The notes: a model not told the origin generated them from the sequence alone. DNA of 43,894 nt from Gemmatimonadaceae bacterium (GCA_040902005.1 JBBDYA010000019.1:1-43894); one strand, 5' to 3'; shown: positions 19,562-30,444, counted from the stretch's first letter. Translations and numbers: made by a program.

Positions 19562-21253
19562 CTAGAAAAAGACGGGCTCGCGGTACGCCCCGAACACGTC
19601 CTCGAGCGCCGCGCGGATCTCGTACAGCGTGCAATACGCGCGGGCACATTCGAGAATGTGGGGCATGGTGCTCTCGCTGCCGCGGGCCGCCGCGCGCAGG
19701 GCGTCCAGCGCGGCGGTGGCTCGAGCGGTATCGCGCGTCGCGCGCAGCTGGGCCAGGCGCGTGCGCTGGTCGCGTTCCGTCTCCGCGCCCACCCTGAGCA
19801 GCGGAATGGAGAGCTCCGGCTCGGCCGTCACGAATTCGTTGACGCCGACCAGTACGCGCCGGTGCTGCTCGATCTCCCACTGCTGGCGGGCCGCGGACTC
19901 CGCGATCTTGCGCTGGAGCCAGCCGGTCTCGAGTCCGCGGACCACGCCGCCCACGCCGCGAATCTCCTCGAACAGGGCCTCGGCCTCGCGCTCCATTTTG
20001 TCCGTGAGCGCCTCCACGTAGTATGACCCGCCCAGCGGGTCGATGACGCCCGGCACCCCGCTTTCGTAGGCCAGGATCTGCTGCGTGCGCAGCGCGACCT
20101 GCACCGCCGCTTCGGTCGGAAGGGCCAGCGTTTCGTCCATCGAGTTCGTGTGCAGCGATTGCGTGCCACCAAGCACCGCGGCGAGCGCCTGGTACGCCAC
20201 TCGCACCACGTTGTTCGTCGGCTGCTGTGCCGTGAGGGTGACGCCCGCGGTCTGCGAGTGGAAGCGCATCATCCACGACCGGGGGTTCTCCGCCCGATAG
20301 CGCTCCTTCATGTGGCGCGCCCAGATGCGACGCGCCGCGCGCAGCTTCGCGATTTCCTCGAAGAAATCGTTGTGAATGTCCCAGAAGAACGACAGCCGCG
20401 ACGCGAAATCATCCACGTTCAGTCCGCGCGCGATGCCCCGCTCCACGTACGTGAAGCCGTCGGCGAGCGTGAACGCGAGCTCCTGCGCGGCGGTGGAACC
20501 GGCCTCACGGATGTGATAGCCGGAGATGGAGATGGTGTTCCAGAGCGGCGCATGCTCGCTGCCCCACTCGAAGCAGTCCACGATGAGGCGCAGCGCGGGC
20601 TCGATGGGAAAGCACCAGGCATGCTGCGCCATGTACTCCTTCAGAATGTCGTTCTGAATGGTGCCGCGCAGCTTGTCCGACGACACGCCCTGCTTTTCGG
20701 CGGCCGCGATGTAGAAGGCCCAGAGGATGATTGCCGGCCCGTTGATCGTCATGGATGTGGAGACCTGATCGAGCGGGATGCCGTCGAACAGCGTCTCCAT
20801 GTCCGCGAGACTCGAGATCGCCACCCCCGTCTTGCCCACTTCTCCCTCGGAGCGCGGGTGGTCGGAGTCGTAGCCCATCAGCGTCGGAAAGTCGAACGCG
20901 GTGGACAGGCCGGTCTGGCCGTGCTCGAGCAGGAACTTGAAGCGCGCGTTGGTGTCGCGGGCGCTGCCGAACCCCGCGAACTGCCGCATCGTCCAGAGCT
21001 TGCCCCGATAGCCCGTAGGATGAATGCCGCGGGTGAACGGATACACCCCCGGCACGCCCAGCTCGCGAGCCGAATCGAGGGACACGTCGAGCGCGGTGTA
21101 CAGCGGCTCGACCTCCCCGCCGGTATTGGCGAAGAGCGCATTACGCTTGTCGCTCTCCGCGAAGCGGGCGCGCCATTCGGCCACTTCGGCGCGCAGACGG
21201 TCCAGCTCCGCCTGCTCCGCGGTGCGTTCGGTGAAATCGCGCGTGGAGGTCAT
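19562..21253 (-). CDS. B12-dependent acyl-CoA mutase large subunit (IcmA-type signature)
   Basis: [43 protein letters not shown]. Confidence 0.93.
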   Translation of the reverse strand: MTSTRDFTERTAEQAELDRLRAEVAEWRARFAESDKRNALFANTGGEVEPLYTALDVSLDSARELGVPGVYPFTRGIHPTGYRGKLWTMRQFAGFGSARDTNARFKFLLEHGQTGLSTAFDFPTLMGYDSDHPRSEGEVGKTGVAISSLADMETLFDGIPLDQVSTSMTINGPAIILWAFYIAAAEKQGVSSDKLRGTIQNDILKEYMAQHAWCFPIEPALRLIVDCFEWGSEHAPLWNTISISGYHIREAGSTAAQELAFTLADGFTYVERGIARGLNVDDFASRLSFFWDIHNDFFEEIAKLRAARRIWARHMKERYRAENPRSWMMRFHSQTAGVTLTAQQPTNNVVRVAYQALAAVLGGTQSLHTNSMDETLALPTEAAVQVALRTQQILAYESGVPGVIDPLGGSYYVEALTDKMEREAEALFEEIRGVGGVVRGLETGWLQRKIAESAARQQWEIEQHRRVLVGVNEFVTAEPELSIPLLRVGAETERDQRTRLAQLRATRDTARATAALDALRAAARGSESTMPHILECARAYCTLYEIRAALEDVFGAYREPVFF

Positions 21254-22320
21254 GACTGCGTCCGTGTCAGAAGATCAGCGCTGCGTGCCAACAACGCGTC
21301 GGCCACTTCAAAGGGGTTGCTCGCCCCGGTCTCCAGCGACGGGAGCTGTTCGTCCAACCAGCGGGTGAGCGCGGCGTCGGACCAGAGCCGCCGGCGGGCC
21401 TTCGATTCCACGACTTCCACGACGCGCCGGCGCAACCGGGCCCGACGCCGTGCCTGGAGCCCGCCGCTGTTCGCAAGATAGTGAAAGTGACGGTCCACCG
21501 CTGTCACCAGCTCGGCGATCCCCTCGCGCTTCACCGCGACCGATGCGAGCACGGGTGGCGTCCAGCGCTCCTCCGAACTGGCGCGGGCCGCCTCGCGCGC
21601 GGCGCGCGCGGCGTCCTTCGTCATCGGCCGTCCGAGCTGCACCCCATGGTGCGCGGGAACGTTCTTCAGCGTCTCGCCGGAGCGCAGCCCCAGCATCAGC
21701 TCGAGCTCGTGGCGCAGCCGGTCGGCGCCGGGTCGGTCCGCCTTGTTCACGACGAAGAGATCCGCGATCTCCATGAGGCCGGCCTTGAGCGTCTGGATCG
21801 AGTCCCCGGATTCCGGCACCAGCACGACGACGGTGCTGTCCGCGTTCCGCGAGACATCCAGCTCGCTCTGTCCCACCCCCACGGTCTCGATGATGATCCG
21901 GTCTGTGCCGAACGCATCCAGCACGTCGGCCACTTCGCCGGTCGCCTCCGCGAGCCCGCCCAGGGAGCCGCGCGTCGCCATGGAGCGGATGAACACGCCG
22001 GGATCGAGCGCCACGGACTCCATGCGAATGCGGTCGCCGAGCAGCGCGCCGCCCGTGAACGGCGAGGTGGGGTCCACCGCGATGACTCCAACCGAGTGCC
22101 CTTCCTTCCGGTAGGCGGCAACGAGCGCGGCGGTCAGCGTACTCTTGCCGGCACCTGGCGGCCCCGTGACGCCCAAACGACGTCCGTGGCCGATGCGTGG
22201 ATGGAGGGCGGCGAGCAACTGGTCGAAGCCGTCGCGGTGGTTTTCCACGACGCTGACCGCGCGCGCCAGCGCCGGCTTCTTTCCCGCCGCGAAATCGGAC
22301 AGCAGGCGCGCGATGGTCAT
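21250..22320 (-). CDS. meaB: Mutase-associated GTPase MeaB/ArgK
   Basis: [40 protein letters not shown]. Confidence 0.95.
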   Translation of the reverse strand: MTIARLLSDFAAGKKPALARAVSVVENHRDGFDQLLAALHPRIGHGRRLGVTGPPGAGKSTLTAALVAAYRKEGHSVGVIAVDPTSPFTGGALLGDRIRMESVALDPGVFIRSMATRGSLGGLAEATGEVADVLDAFGTDRIIIETVGVGQSELDVSRNADSTVVVLVPESGDSIQTLKAGLMEIADLFVVNKADRPGADRLRHELELMLGLRSGETLKNVPAHHGVQLGRPMTKDAARAAREAARASSEERWTPPVLASVAVKREGIAELVTAVDRHFHYLANSGGLQARRRARLRRRVVEVVESKARRRLWSDAALTRWLDEQLPSLETGASNPFEVADALLARSADLLTRTQS

Positions 22321-23282
22321 CCCGTCACGGACTCCGCGGCCGGCTCGTCGTGCTCGTCGCGAATGTCACCCACGAGCTCCTCGAGCAGATTCTCGAGCGT
22401 CGCAATGCCGAGCGTGTGCCCGCCGTCGTCGTGCACGACCGCAAGGTGCTGTCGCGCCTGGAGCATGCGGAAGAGCAGCTCATTGCAGGGCGTGTCCGCG
22501 GCGGCGGTGGCCACTGGACGCAGTGGCGGCACCTGATCGCCGCCAGCCTTGAGCACGTCGAACGCGTGGTACATCCCCACGATCCGGTCGAGCGAGCCGC
22601 GATAGACGGGAACGCGGCTGAAGGCCGATTCCGCGATCTGGATCGCGAGGTGACTCGCTTCCCGTCCTTCGGGAACGGCGAACACGTCGGCTATGGGGGT
22701 CATCACACCGCGCACGCGCTTCTCCCCGAATTCCACCACGCCGGTAATGATGGCGATTTCCTGGTTGCGGCCCACGCCCTCCAGCTCCCCTTCGCGCAAC
22801 AGATCCTGCAGCGCCTCGCGCGGCTCGTCCCGTTTCAGATCGTCGTTCGACACGGTCCCGCTCAGCGTCCGCCCAGCGCGCAGCAGTGGCGCCGTGAGCA
22901 GCTCCGCGGCGTGCAGCACGGGCATGCAGATCGGGATGAACGCCGATGGCCAGCGCCGCGCGAGCACGCGCGGGATGATCATGCCCGCCACCAGCACAAT
23001 CGCGGCATACGCCAGCATGGCGAGCAGCGCCGCCCCCGGGGTGCCCCGCATTTCCCAGCCGATCCAGGCGCCGGCGGCGGCGAGCGTGAGTGCCGATGCC
23101 GCGTTGGCGGCCGCGAGTAATCGCTGCGGACGGTCGAGAAATCCGAGCACCGACGACGCGCCCCGCAGCCGACGCTCGGCCCAGTAGCGCAGCCAGATGC
23201 GTCCGGCGGAGCGCACGGCCATCGCGCCGGCACTCAGCCAGGCGACCACCAGCAGGAGGATCACCAGGGGCGCGAGGCGCAT
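22317..23282 (-). CDS. CNNM/DUF21 + CBS domain membrane protein
   Basis: N-terminal TM segments, VMTP, FSRVPVY, TLENLLEELVGDIRDEHD. Confidence 0.87.
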   Translation of the reverse strand: MRLAPLVILLLVVAWLSAGAMAVRSAGRIWLRYWAERRLRGASSVLGFLDRPQRLLAAANAASALTLAAAGAWIGWEMRGTPGAALLAMLAYAAIVLVAGMIIPRVLARRWPSAFIPICMPVLHAAELLTAPLLRAGRTLSGTVSNDDLKRDEPREALQDLLREGELEGVGRNQEIAIITGVVEFGEKRVRGVMTPIADVFAVPEGREASHLAIQIAESAFSRVPVYRGSLDRIVGMYHAFDVLKAGGDQVPPLRPVATAAADTPCNELLFRMLQARQHLAVVHDDGGHTLGIATLENLLEELVGDIRDEHDEPAAESVTG

Positions 23283-24496
23283 CAGCCAGTCCCGCCTTCG
23301 CCGCGACGCTCGAAGTACACCCGTTCGATGCGGCGACGCCGCACGCGCTCGACGATCACGTGATAGCCGGCGATCTCGGTGGACTCTCCCGCACCCGGCA
23401 CGCGACCGAACGTGTCGTACATCAGTCCGCCCACGGTGGTGACTCCCTCGCGCTCGACATCCGTGCCCAGCAGGTCGGACAGCTCCGACAGCGAGACCTC
23501 GCCCGCGACCCACATCCGATCCTCGCCTTCGCGCTCGACGGCCGGCTCTTCCACGTCGTACTCATCGCGGATCTCGCCCACGATGACCTCGAGGATGTCC
23601 TCGATGGTCACCAGGCCGGCGATGCCACCGTATTCGTCCACCACGAGGGCGATGTGCGTGTGCTGTGCCTTGAAGTCGCGCAACTGGTCGTCGACGGACT
23701 TGGTGGCGGGAATGAACGGCGCGGCGCGGATCAGCGTCGTCCAGTCGTCCGGCGCCAGATCACGCGCCACCGCGGGCAGAAGATCCTTCGCGTAGAGCAC
23801 GCCCAGTACGTTGTCGATGGTGTCATCGAACACCGGAAATCGCGCATGCTCCGAGGCGCGGACGCGATCGAGCATTTCGGACCACGGGGTGGCCCTGTCG
23901 ATGCCCACGACCTCCACCCGCGGCACCATGATCTCCCGGATCAGGGTATCGCCCAGCGAGAAGACGCCATGGAGGATTTCCGCTTCCGCGGGGGACACGT
24001 GTGCCTCGGCGGCCACGACCTCATGAAAGTGCTCGGCGTCCGTTTCGCGCTGCATGGGGGAGTGCGCTGGCACGGGGGCGTGTCGCGAAAGTGCGTCCTC
24101 CACGGCGTTGCCGAGCGACGAGACCGGCAGGAACAGGAGGTCCACGGCGCGAATCACCGGCGCGAGGCGTCTGGCGACGTCGATGCCGCGCGCATACCCC
24201 GCATGACGCGCCAGACCCTCCACGGCGGTCACCTCGAGCAGCACGACCGAGAGCGTGACCGCTGCCGCGATCCAGGCCTCCTCCGCAACGCTCCACGAGA
24301 GGAGCGCGGATCCGGTGCCGACGGCCAGATGCGCCAACATGCGAGAAAGACCGAGCGCGCGATGGGCGCGCTCCGGGTCGCGAACGACGAGGCTGGGCGG
24401 CACGCTGCCCGTCGCGAGGAGCGCGCCGTCGGCGGCGGCGATCAGCGCGGCGAGGACGCCAACGGCCAGCACGCCCGCCATCCCGAGCGCGATCAC
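23282..24496 (-). CDS. Hemolysin-family CBS/CorC protein
   Basis: REIMVPR, HARFPV, VDEYGG, TIEDILEVIVGEIRDEYD, C-terminal CorC domain (TVGGL). Confidence 0.9.
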   Translation of the reverse strand: MIALGMAGVLAVGVLAALIAAADGALLATGSVPPSLVVRDPERAHRALGLSRMLAHLAVGTGSALLSWSVAEEAWIAAAVTLSVVLLEVTAVEGLARHAGYARGIDVARRLAPVIRAVDLLFLPVSSLGNAVEDALSRHAPVPAHSPMQRETDAEHFHEVVAAEAHVSPAEAEILHGVFSLGDTLIREIMVPRVEVVGIDRATPWSEMLDRVRASEHARFPVFDDTIDNVLGVLYAKDLLPAVARDLAPDDWTTLIRAAPFIPATKSVDDQLRDFKAQHTHIALVVDEYGGIAGLVTIEDILEVIVGEIRDEYDVEEPAVEREGEDRMWVAGEVSLSELSDLLGTDVEREGVTTVGGLMYDTFGRVPGAGESTEIAGYHVIVERVRRRRIERVYFERRGEGGTG

Positions 24497-24933
24497 GTGC
24501 GCATCACCCGGCGCACCAGCCGCTCCTGCTCGCGCCACATCGCGGAACGCGTCCGGCCCTCACCCTCCGGGTGGTCGCGACCAAGCACGTGCAGGGTGCC
24601 GTGGACCACGAGGCGCACGAGCTCCTCGCGCACGGACACGCCGTTGGCCGCCGCCGAACGGCGGGCGACGTCGGGCGCGAGGTAGATGTCCCCCACCACG
24701 GGTCCATGTCGCCCAACGCGACGGAATCCGAACGCGATGACGTCGGTCGAGTGGTCGCGGCCAAGATGCTCGCGGTTCATCCGGCGCATGACCCGGCTGG
24801 ACACGAACGTGATCGAGAGCATCGCGTTCGTGACGCGGGCGGAGCGGAGCACCGCCCGCGCGACGCCCGCCACGCGCGCGCGCGCCACGGATACGCGCAC
24901 GCCCTCCACCGCCACGGCCACCTGGGCGCTCAC
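24493..24933 (-). CDS. ybeY: rRNA maturation RNase YbeY
   Basis: TDVIAF, GDIYL, HGTLHVLGRDH. Confidence 0.95.
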   Translation of the reverse strand: MSAQVAVAVEGVRVSVARARVAGVARAVLRSARVTNAMLSITFVSSRVMRRMNREHLGRDHSTDVIAFGFRRVGRHGPVVGDIYLAPDVARRSAAANGVSVREELVRLVVHGTLHVLGRDHPEGEGRTRSAMWREQERLVRRVMRT

Positions 24934-27125
24934 GCCTTGGCGAATTCGGAAGTCACCCCGCCGCTCGCGGCGGGGTAATCGATCCGGCTGTGATACATGG
25001 CGTTCAGCACGCGCTCGAACTGCGTCTTCACCGTTTCCAGCTGCTGCAGCGTGAGAGGCGCGTCCCGCAGCTGCCCCTGCTCGAGGCGCTGGCGAACGAT
25101 GTGCTCGATCACCTCGCGCACCCGGGGGGGCGTGGGCTCATTGAGCACGCGGACGGCCGCCTCGACCCCGTCAGCAAGCATGACGACCGCGGTTTCGGCG
25201 GTGCGCGGGATCGGGCCGGGATAGACGTACTCCTCCGGATTCACCGTCGCGCCAGAGCTGCGTGCCTTGCCCAGGAAGTAGGCGATCTGCCCGGTACCAT
25301 GGTGCTCGGTGATGAAGGCACGCAGCACGCGCGGCAGCCCGTACTGCTCGGCGAATTTCAGCCCCTGCGGCACGTGATCCCGGATGATCTGTGCGCTGGC
25401 GTCCGGGCCGAGCGCATCGTGCGGGTTCCGGTCGCGCATCTGATTCTCAACGAAGTACCCCGCGCGCGCGATCTTTCCCACGTCGTGATAGTAGGCGCCG
25501 ACGCGCGCGAGCAGCGCGTTGGCGCCGATCCCCCACCCCCCGGCCACGGCCAGGTTGGCGATCACCAAGGAGTGCGCGAAGGTCCCGGGTGCTTCGAGAC
25601 TGAGCCGCTGCATGAGCGGGCGGTTCAAGTCCCCCCATTCGAGCAGCGTCAGGTCCGTCTCGATGCCCGTGTACGTCTCCGCCAATGGGAGGATGAGCAG
25701 CGCCAGCAGGATGCTCGCGAGCGCGTTCAGTGCGCCATGGCCGGCCGACACGACGATGACGCCTGCACTCTGGTCGAGCATCAAGCCGATCGCCACCGCC
25801 GCCAGCAGGTAGGCGCATCCGGTGGCGATGAGCCATACGTAGGACTGGTGGCGCCGGGTGACGGCACGCACGCTGAGTGCAGCCACGGCGCCCCCCACCA
25901 GGTTCACGAACAGCGCGTTCGTCCCGCGGAAGGGCGCCTGCGCCCCGATGAGAATCGTGACGATCATCGTGATCACGATGCTGATTCGCTGGTCGAACAG
26001 CGCGCTCACGACCACGGCGGCCAGTGTCACAGGAATCAGTTCCGGGCGCAGCGGGCGCATGTGCGACACGAGCGCCGCGCCGAGCACCACGAGTCCCACC
26101 AGCCCCGCGACCACGACCAACGTGCGCCAGTCGTGGTACATCTGTGGGCGGAACTGCATGATCGCCACGCCCAGCAGCAGCACGATCACGAAGTCGAACA
26201 GGATGGCGCCGACGGCGCGGCGAAACCTGGGGCGTGAGCCACCACGGTCGCCCAGCGCCTGCTGGAGCGCGCGCAGCTTGTCGTGCTCGTTCCGGCCAAC
26301 CACCTCGTGCGCGCCAACGATCTTTTCCCCGGCGAGCACGGAGTGCTTGTTCACGGGCACTGCGCGGCGCAGGTCTTCCCGTCGCCGCTCGGTCTGCGTG
26401 CGGTCGAGGACGATCGTGGGATGGAAGAAGCTCGTGATGAGCTTGAGATACAGTTCCGTTCCCACCTCGGAGCCTGGATCGGGATTGAGCATCCGCGCGC
26501 GCGACACCAACTGGCCGAAGGTCAGCAGGCTGTCCACCGGAACGCGCCGCGCGTCCGTGCCCCGCTGGAGCAGCACCTCGCCGCGGAGCTGATCTGCGGC
26601 GCCGGACGCCACGACGCCGGCGGCAACCCATCGGTCGAACACCCGACGGACCGTGGCAATGAGCCGCTCGCGCCGTCCCGCCGAGAGCAGGTATGCGGAT
26701 TCGCTGGGCTGGAGCACCACGCCATGCGGACGCGCAGCCTGCTCGAGTAACGTGGAATTCGGCGGGCGGACGGCCGCGGCAGCGTCCATGGCCGTCTCGA
26801 ACGCCTCGAGCAGTGCGCGCGACGTATCGAATGCCGCCGGGACGTGGCGGAACACGGTCTCCGCGGCACGCGACACCTCTTCGTGCTCGCGGCGCAGCTC
26901 CGCGGCGCTCTTCGGCACCGCGAACGCGAATGGCGCGATCACGTTGTCTGCCGCGACCGCGCCGATTTCATAGACGGGGACATCCGTCGCCGGCGTCTCC
27001 GGAAACAGCGAGTACGTGAGCACGGCGAGTCCGACCGCCAGCAGCACACGGGGGCCGTGCAGTCGCCACCGATCGCCCAGTTCAGGCAGCCATCGCGGTG
27101 CGGCGCGTTCCGGATCTGGCGCCAT
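24930..27125 (-). CDS. 7TM-HD (PgpH/YqfF-like) membrane phosphohydrolase
   Basis: TM plus large extracytoplasmic domain, multi-TM region, then APGT..HS, YYHDVGK, HHGT, MLADGVEA. Confidence 0.9.
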   Translation of the reverse strand: MAPDPERAAPRWLPELGDRWRLHGPRVLLAVGLAVLTYSLFPETPATDVPVYEIGAVAADNVIAPFAFAVPKSAAELRREHEEVSRAAETVFRHVPAAFDTSRALLEAFETAMDAAAAVRPPNSTLLEQAARPHGVVLQPSESAYLLSAGRRERLIATVRRVFDRWVAAGVVASGAADQLRGEVLLQRGTDARRVPVDSLLTFGQLVSRARMLNPDPGSEVGTELYLKLITSFFHPTIVLDRTQTERRREDLRRAVPVNKHSVLAGEKIVGAHEVVGRNEHDKLRALQQALGDRGGSRPRFRRAVGAILFDFVIVLLLGVAIMQFRPQMYHDWRTLVVVAGLVGLVVLGAALVSHMRPLRPELIPVTLAAVVVSALFDQRISIVITMIVTILIGAQAPFRGTNALFVNLVGGAVAALSVRAVTRRHQSYVWLIATGCAYLLAAVAIGLMLDQSAGVIVVSAGHGALNALASILLALLILPLAETYTGIETDLTLLEWGDLNRPLMQRLSLEAPGTFAHSLVIANLAVAGGWGIGANALLARVGAYYHDVGKIARAGYFVENQMRDRNPHDALGPDASAQIIRDHVPQGLKFAEQYGLPRVLRAFITEHHGTGQIAYFLGKARSSGATVNPEEYVYPGPIPRTAETAVVMLADGVEAAVRVLNEPTPPRVREVIEHIVRQRLEQGQLRDAPLTLQQLETVKTQFERVLNAMYHSRIDYPAASGGVTSEFAKA

Positions 27126-27127
27126 CG

Positions 27128-28132
27128 TTACGTCCCGGCCTCGTCCAGATCGTACGCGCGGATGATGTCGCGCACGAGCCGGTGGCGCACCACGTCGGTC
27201 TCGTTGAAGTACTTGAACGCGATCCCCTCGATCCCGGGCAACAGCCGCTCCACCTGGAGCAGGCCGGACTCCGCGCTGCGCGGCAGGTCCACCTGCGTCT
27301 TGTCGCCCGTGATGACCATCCTCGAGTTCACGCCCAGACGTGTGAGCAGCATCTTCATCTGTATGGCCGTGGCGTTCTGCGCTTCGTCCACGATGACGAA
27401 GGCATCGCCGAGCGTGCGGCCACGCATGAACGCGAGGGGGGCGATCTCGATCGTGCGGGTCTCGAGCGCGCGCTGGATGCGCTCGAAGGGCATCATGTCG
27501 TCGAGTGCGTCGTACAGCGGACGCAGGTAGGGGTCCACCTTGGCCTGCATATCGCCGGGAAGAAAGCCGAGGTTCTCCCCCGCTTCCACCGCGGGACGCG
27601 CCAGCACGATGCGGCGCACGCGCTTGCGCGTCAGCGCGTCTACCGCGGCGGCGACGGCGAGGTAGGTCTTGCCGGTGCCCGCGGGACCGATGCCGACCAC
27701 GATATCGTTGTCGGCCATCTTCTGGAGGTACTCTGCCTGGCCGGCCGTCTTCGCCTGGATGACCTTCCGAACTCCCGGGAGCGCGATGCGGCCGGCGCCG
27801 CCCAGGCCGCCGGGTTCCCCGCCCTCGCCCTCGCGCTCGATGTCGTCGCCCAGCCGCAGCACGTCGTCGGGCGTGAGCGAATCGCGCTGGCGTGCCAGCT
27901 CCACCATCCGCCGGCTGACGGCGGCGGCGCGGTCCACGAACTCGGCGGCGCCGGTGAGCACCATTGCCTCCCCACGCAGCGATACCTTCACGCCGAACAG
28001 TCGCGAGAGCTCCAGCAGGTTGGCGTCGTTCACCCCGGCGAGCGTCAGCATGTCCGCGCCCTCCGTGGACACCTTCTGCGTGGCGCTTTCCTCGCTCGCG
28101 GCGTGCGCGATTCCCGGACGGACGTCGGTCAC
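27128..28132 (-). CDS. phoH: PhoH family ATPase
   Basis: GPAGTGKT, RPAVEAGE, AFMRGRT, DEAQN, VVRH. Confidence 0.96.
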   Translation of the reverse strand: MTDVRPGIAHAASEESATQKVSTEGADMLTLAGVNDANLLELSRLFGVKVSLRGEAMVLTGAAEFVDRAAAVSRRMVELARQRDSLTPDDVLRLGDDIEREGEGGEPGGLGGAGRIALPGVRKVIQAKTAGQAEYLQKMADNDIVVGIGPAGTGKTYLAVAAAVDALTRKRVRRIVLARPAVEAGENLGFLPGDMQAKVDPYLRPLYDALDDMMPFERIQRALETRTIEIAPLAFMRGRTLGDAFVIVDEAQNATAIQMKMLLTRLGVNSRMVITGDKTQVDLPRSAESGLLQVERLLPGIEGIAFKYFNETDVVRHRLVRDIIRAYDLDEAGT

Positions 28133-29913
28133 GATGCGGCTCCTCCACTCGCCCTGAGGTGCAGCGCGCGCAATTCCTCATCGGGTACCGGGCTCGGCGC
28201 CCCCTCGAAAAGGGCGCGCGCGGTGGTGGTCTTCGGAAAGGCGATGACGTCGCGCAGCGACGCCGCCCCCGCGAGCACCATGGTGATGCGGTCGAATCCG
28301 AACGCGATGCCCCCGTGCGGCGGCGCGCCGGCGCGCAGCCCCTCCAGCAGAAAGCCGAACCGCGCCTGCGCGGTGGCCTCGTCGATTCCAAGGAGCGAAA
28401 AGACGCGGGACTGCATCACCGGGTCGCTGATCCTGATGCTGCCTCCGCCCAGCTCGAGACCGTCCTTCACCAAGTCGTATGCCAGCGCGCGCACCCGCTC
28501 GGGCGCGCGGCTCAACAGCTCCACATCGTCGGGATGTGGAGACGTGAACGGGTGGTGAACGGCGGCGAACTTGCCCGTCTCGGGATCCTTGTCGAACAGG
28601 GGAAAGTCGGTGACCCAGAGAAAGTCGTGCCGCCCCTCGGGCACGAGATGCAGGCGCGCGGCCATCGTCTGACGCACCCGATCGAGCGCCGGATGGCTCA
28701 CGCGGTCGGGCCCGGCGACGAACAGGCCGAGCGCCCCGTCCGGGATACGGAGCGCGTCCGCCGCGCCGTCCCCGAGGTGCTTGGCGGCCGGTCCCTCCAG
28801 CACCGCGCCGGACCGCTTGAGCCGGATGAGCCCCGCCGCTCCGGCGGACTTCGCCTCCGCCTCGACCTCATCCACCTGCTTTCGCGACATCGCCGCCGCG
28901 TTCGCCACGACGATGCCGCGCACGCGCCCGCCCGCGGCGATCGCCTGCGTCGCGATGCCGAACTCCGAACCGGCGAAGACGGCCGTGGCGTCCTGGATCT
29001 CCAGCCCGTAGCGCGTGTCTGGGCGGTCGGTGCCGTACCGCTCCAGCGCGTCGGCATACGTCATGGTGGGAAACGAGGTGGGCACGGACTGCCCCGCCGC
29101 GCTCCAGAGCGCCCCGATCAGTCCCTCGGAGAGCGTGACGATGTCCTCAAGCGTGACGAAGGACGCCTCGAGGTCGATCTGCGTGAACTCCGGCTGCCGG
29201 TCGGCGCGCAGGTCCTCGTCGCGAAAGCAGCGCGCGACCTGGAAGTACCGATCGAACCCGGCCACCATGAACAGCTGCTTGTAGATCTGCGGCGACTGCG
29301 GCAGAGCGTAGAACTCGCCTGCGTGCACCCGGCTGGGCACCAGGTAGTCGCGCGCGCCCTCCGGAGTGGGCTTCGTGAGAATGGGCGTCTCGATCTCGAG
29401 GTAGCCCTGCCGCGTGAGGAAGTCGCGCGTGGCCTGAAGGAGCTCGTGCCGGAGAATCATGTTGTCCTGAAGCTCCGGACGGCGAAGATCCAGGTAGCGG
29501 TGGCGGAGCCGCAACTCCTCGGCCGCGAGCTTTTCCCCCTTGCCGCGCGCCACGGGAATGGCCGGCGTGCTCGCCGGTCCCACCACCCGCACCGACGTTG
29601 CCACGACTTCCACGTTCCCCGTGCCCATCTCGGCGTTGCGCATGGTCTCGGGGCGCAGCGCCACCTCGCCGTCAATCAACACGACGCTCTCATTCGAGAG
29701 CGCCAGTGCCGCAGCGCAGACATCGGCCGCGGTGCGCTTCGGGTCGAAGGAGACCTGGACGATGCCCGTGCGGTCCCGCAGGTCCACGAACACCAGTCCG
29801 CCCAGGTCGCGGGTGCGATGCACCCACCCACCCAGCCGCACGCGCGTGCCGGAGTCAGCGGCGGTGAGCGCGCCGCACATGTGCGAGCGCAGTCCGGTGG
29901 CGTGAACGGTCAT
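28129..29913 (-). CDS. aspS: Aspartate--tRNA ligase
   Basis: RSHMCG, TPEGARDY, LPQSPQ, FRDEDLRADRQPEF, PPHGGIAFG, FPKT. Confidence 0.97.
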   Translation of the reverse strand: MTVHATGLRSHMCGALTAADSGTRVRLGGWVHRTRDLGGLVFVDLRDRTGIVQVSFDPKRTAADVCAAALALSNESVVLIDGEVALRPETMRNAEMGTGNVEVVATSVRVVGPASTPAIPVARGKGEKLAAEELRLRHRYLDLRRPELQDNMILRHELLQATRDFLTRQGYLEIETPILTKPTPEGARDYLVPSRVHAGEFYALPQSPQIYKQLFMVAGFDRYFQVARCFRDEDLRADRQPEFTQIDLEASFVTLEDIVTLSEGLIGALWSAAGQSVPTSFPTMTYADALERYGTDRPDTRYGLEIQDATAVFAGSEFGIATQAIAAGGRVRGIVVANAAAMSRKQVDEVEAEAKSAGAAGLIRLKRSGAVLEGPAAKHLGDGAADALRIPDGALGLFVAGPDRVSHPALDRVRQTMAARLHLVPEGRHDFLWVTDFPLFDKDPETGKFAAVHHPFTSPHPDDVELLSRAPERVRALAYDLVKDGLELGGGSIRISDPVMQSRVFSLLGIDEATAQARFGFLLEGLRAGAPPHGGIAFGFDRITMVLAGAASLRDVIAFPKTTTARALFEGAPSPVPDEELRALHLRASGGAAS

Positions 29914-30285
29914 CTAGGCGGTGAGGGTTCTCGAGCGCCAGCTGTACAGCAGAAAGAGCAGCGCGCCCGATGCGGCGCCGAGCGAGTCAGCGTACCAATC
30001 GGCGAGCTCAGTGCTGCGCCCCGGAATGAACTGCTGGTGCCATTCGTCAATCGCTCCGTAGGCGATGGCCACCGCGAGCGCGAAGCCAGCCGAGCGCCAC
30101 CGCGACGTGACCTCCGACCGGTACCTCGCCAGCAGGAAGGCCAGCACCATATACATCGTGAAATGCGCCAGCTTATCGACCGTCGAAACCTGTTGAGGTA
30201 GCAGGCTGCCGGGCATGGACGTCGCGAAAAAGATCAACCCCGCCCAAAGGAGCGGGGGCAGCCATCGTCGAACCTTCAAGCGCAC
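29914..30285 (-). CDS. VanZ family membrane protein
   Basis: DKLAHF, YGAIDEWHQQFIPGR, DWYAD. Start approximate. Confidence 0.85.
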   Translation of the reverse strand: MRLKVRRWLPPLLWAGLIFFATSMPGSLLPQQVSTVDKLAHFTMYMVLAFLLARYRSEVTSRWRSAGFALAVAIAYGAIDEWHQQFIPGRSTELADWYADSLGAASGALLFLLYSWRSRTLTA

Positions 30286-30342
30286 TCCGACATCGCGGAG
30301 CAGTAGTCTAATCTTCACCGCTACCATCTGGTAGGGATTCTC

Positions 30343-30371
30343 TTGACGCGGCGCACCAGGTGCTCTACGGT
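30343..30371 (+). promoter_or_regulatory. Putative sigma70 promoter of rlmN
   Basis: TTGACG-N17-TACGGT. Confidence 0.5.
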
Positions 30372-30444
30372 CAAGTTCAATGCCTTCTTGCACTTTACTC
30401 ATGTCACCGCAAGTGACTTCCGAAGCTTCGAGGGCCGCAGGAAC

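Noticed and set aside
25525..25555. Atypical AVAGGWG segment in the 7TM-HD helix
   Set aside because: G-rich substitutions may be base-calling error (compare the terminal poly-G); catalytic motifs are intact.
24930..28391. 1153-aa ORF suggesting a fusion
   Set aside because: The N-terminal 422 aa are an off-frame reading across phoH/aspS; the real gene starts near 27125.
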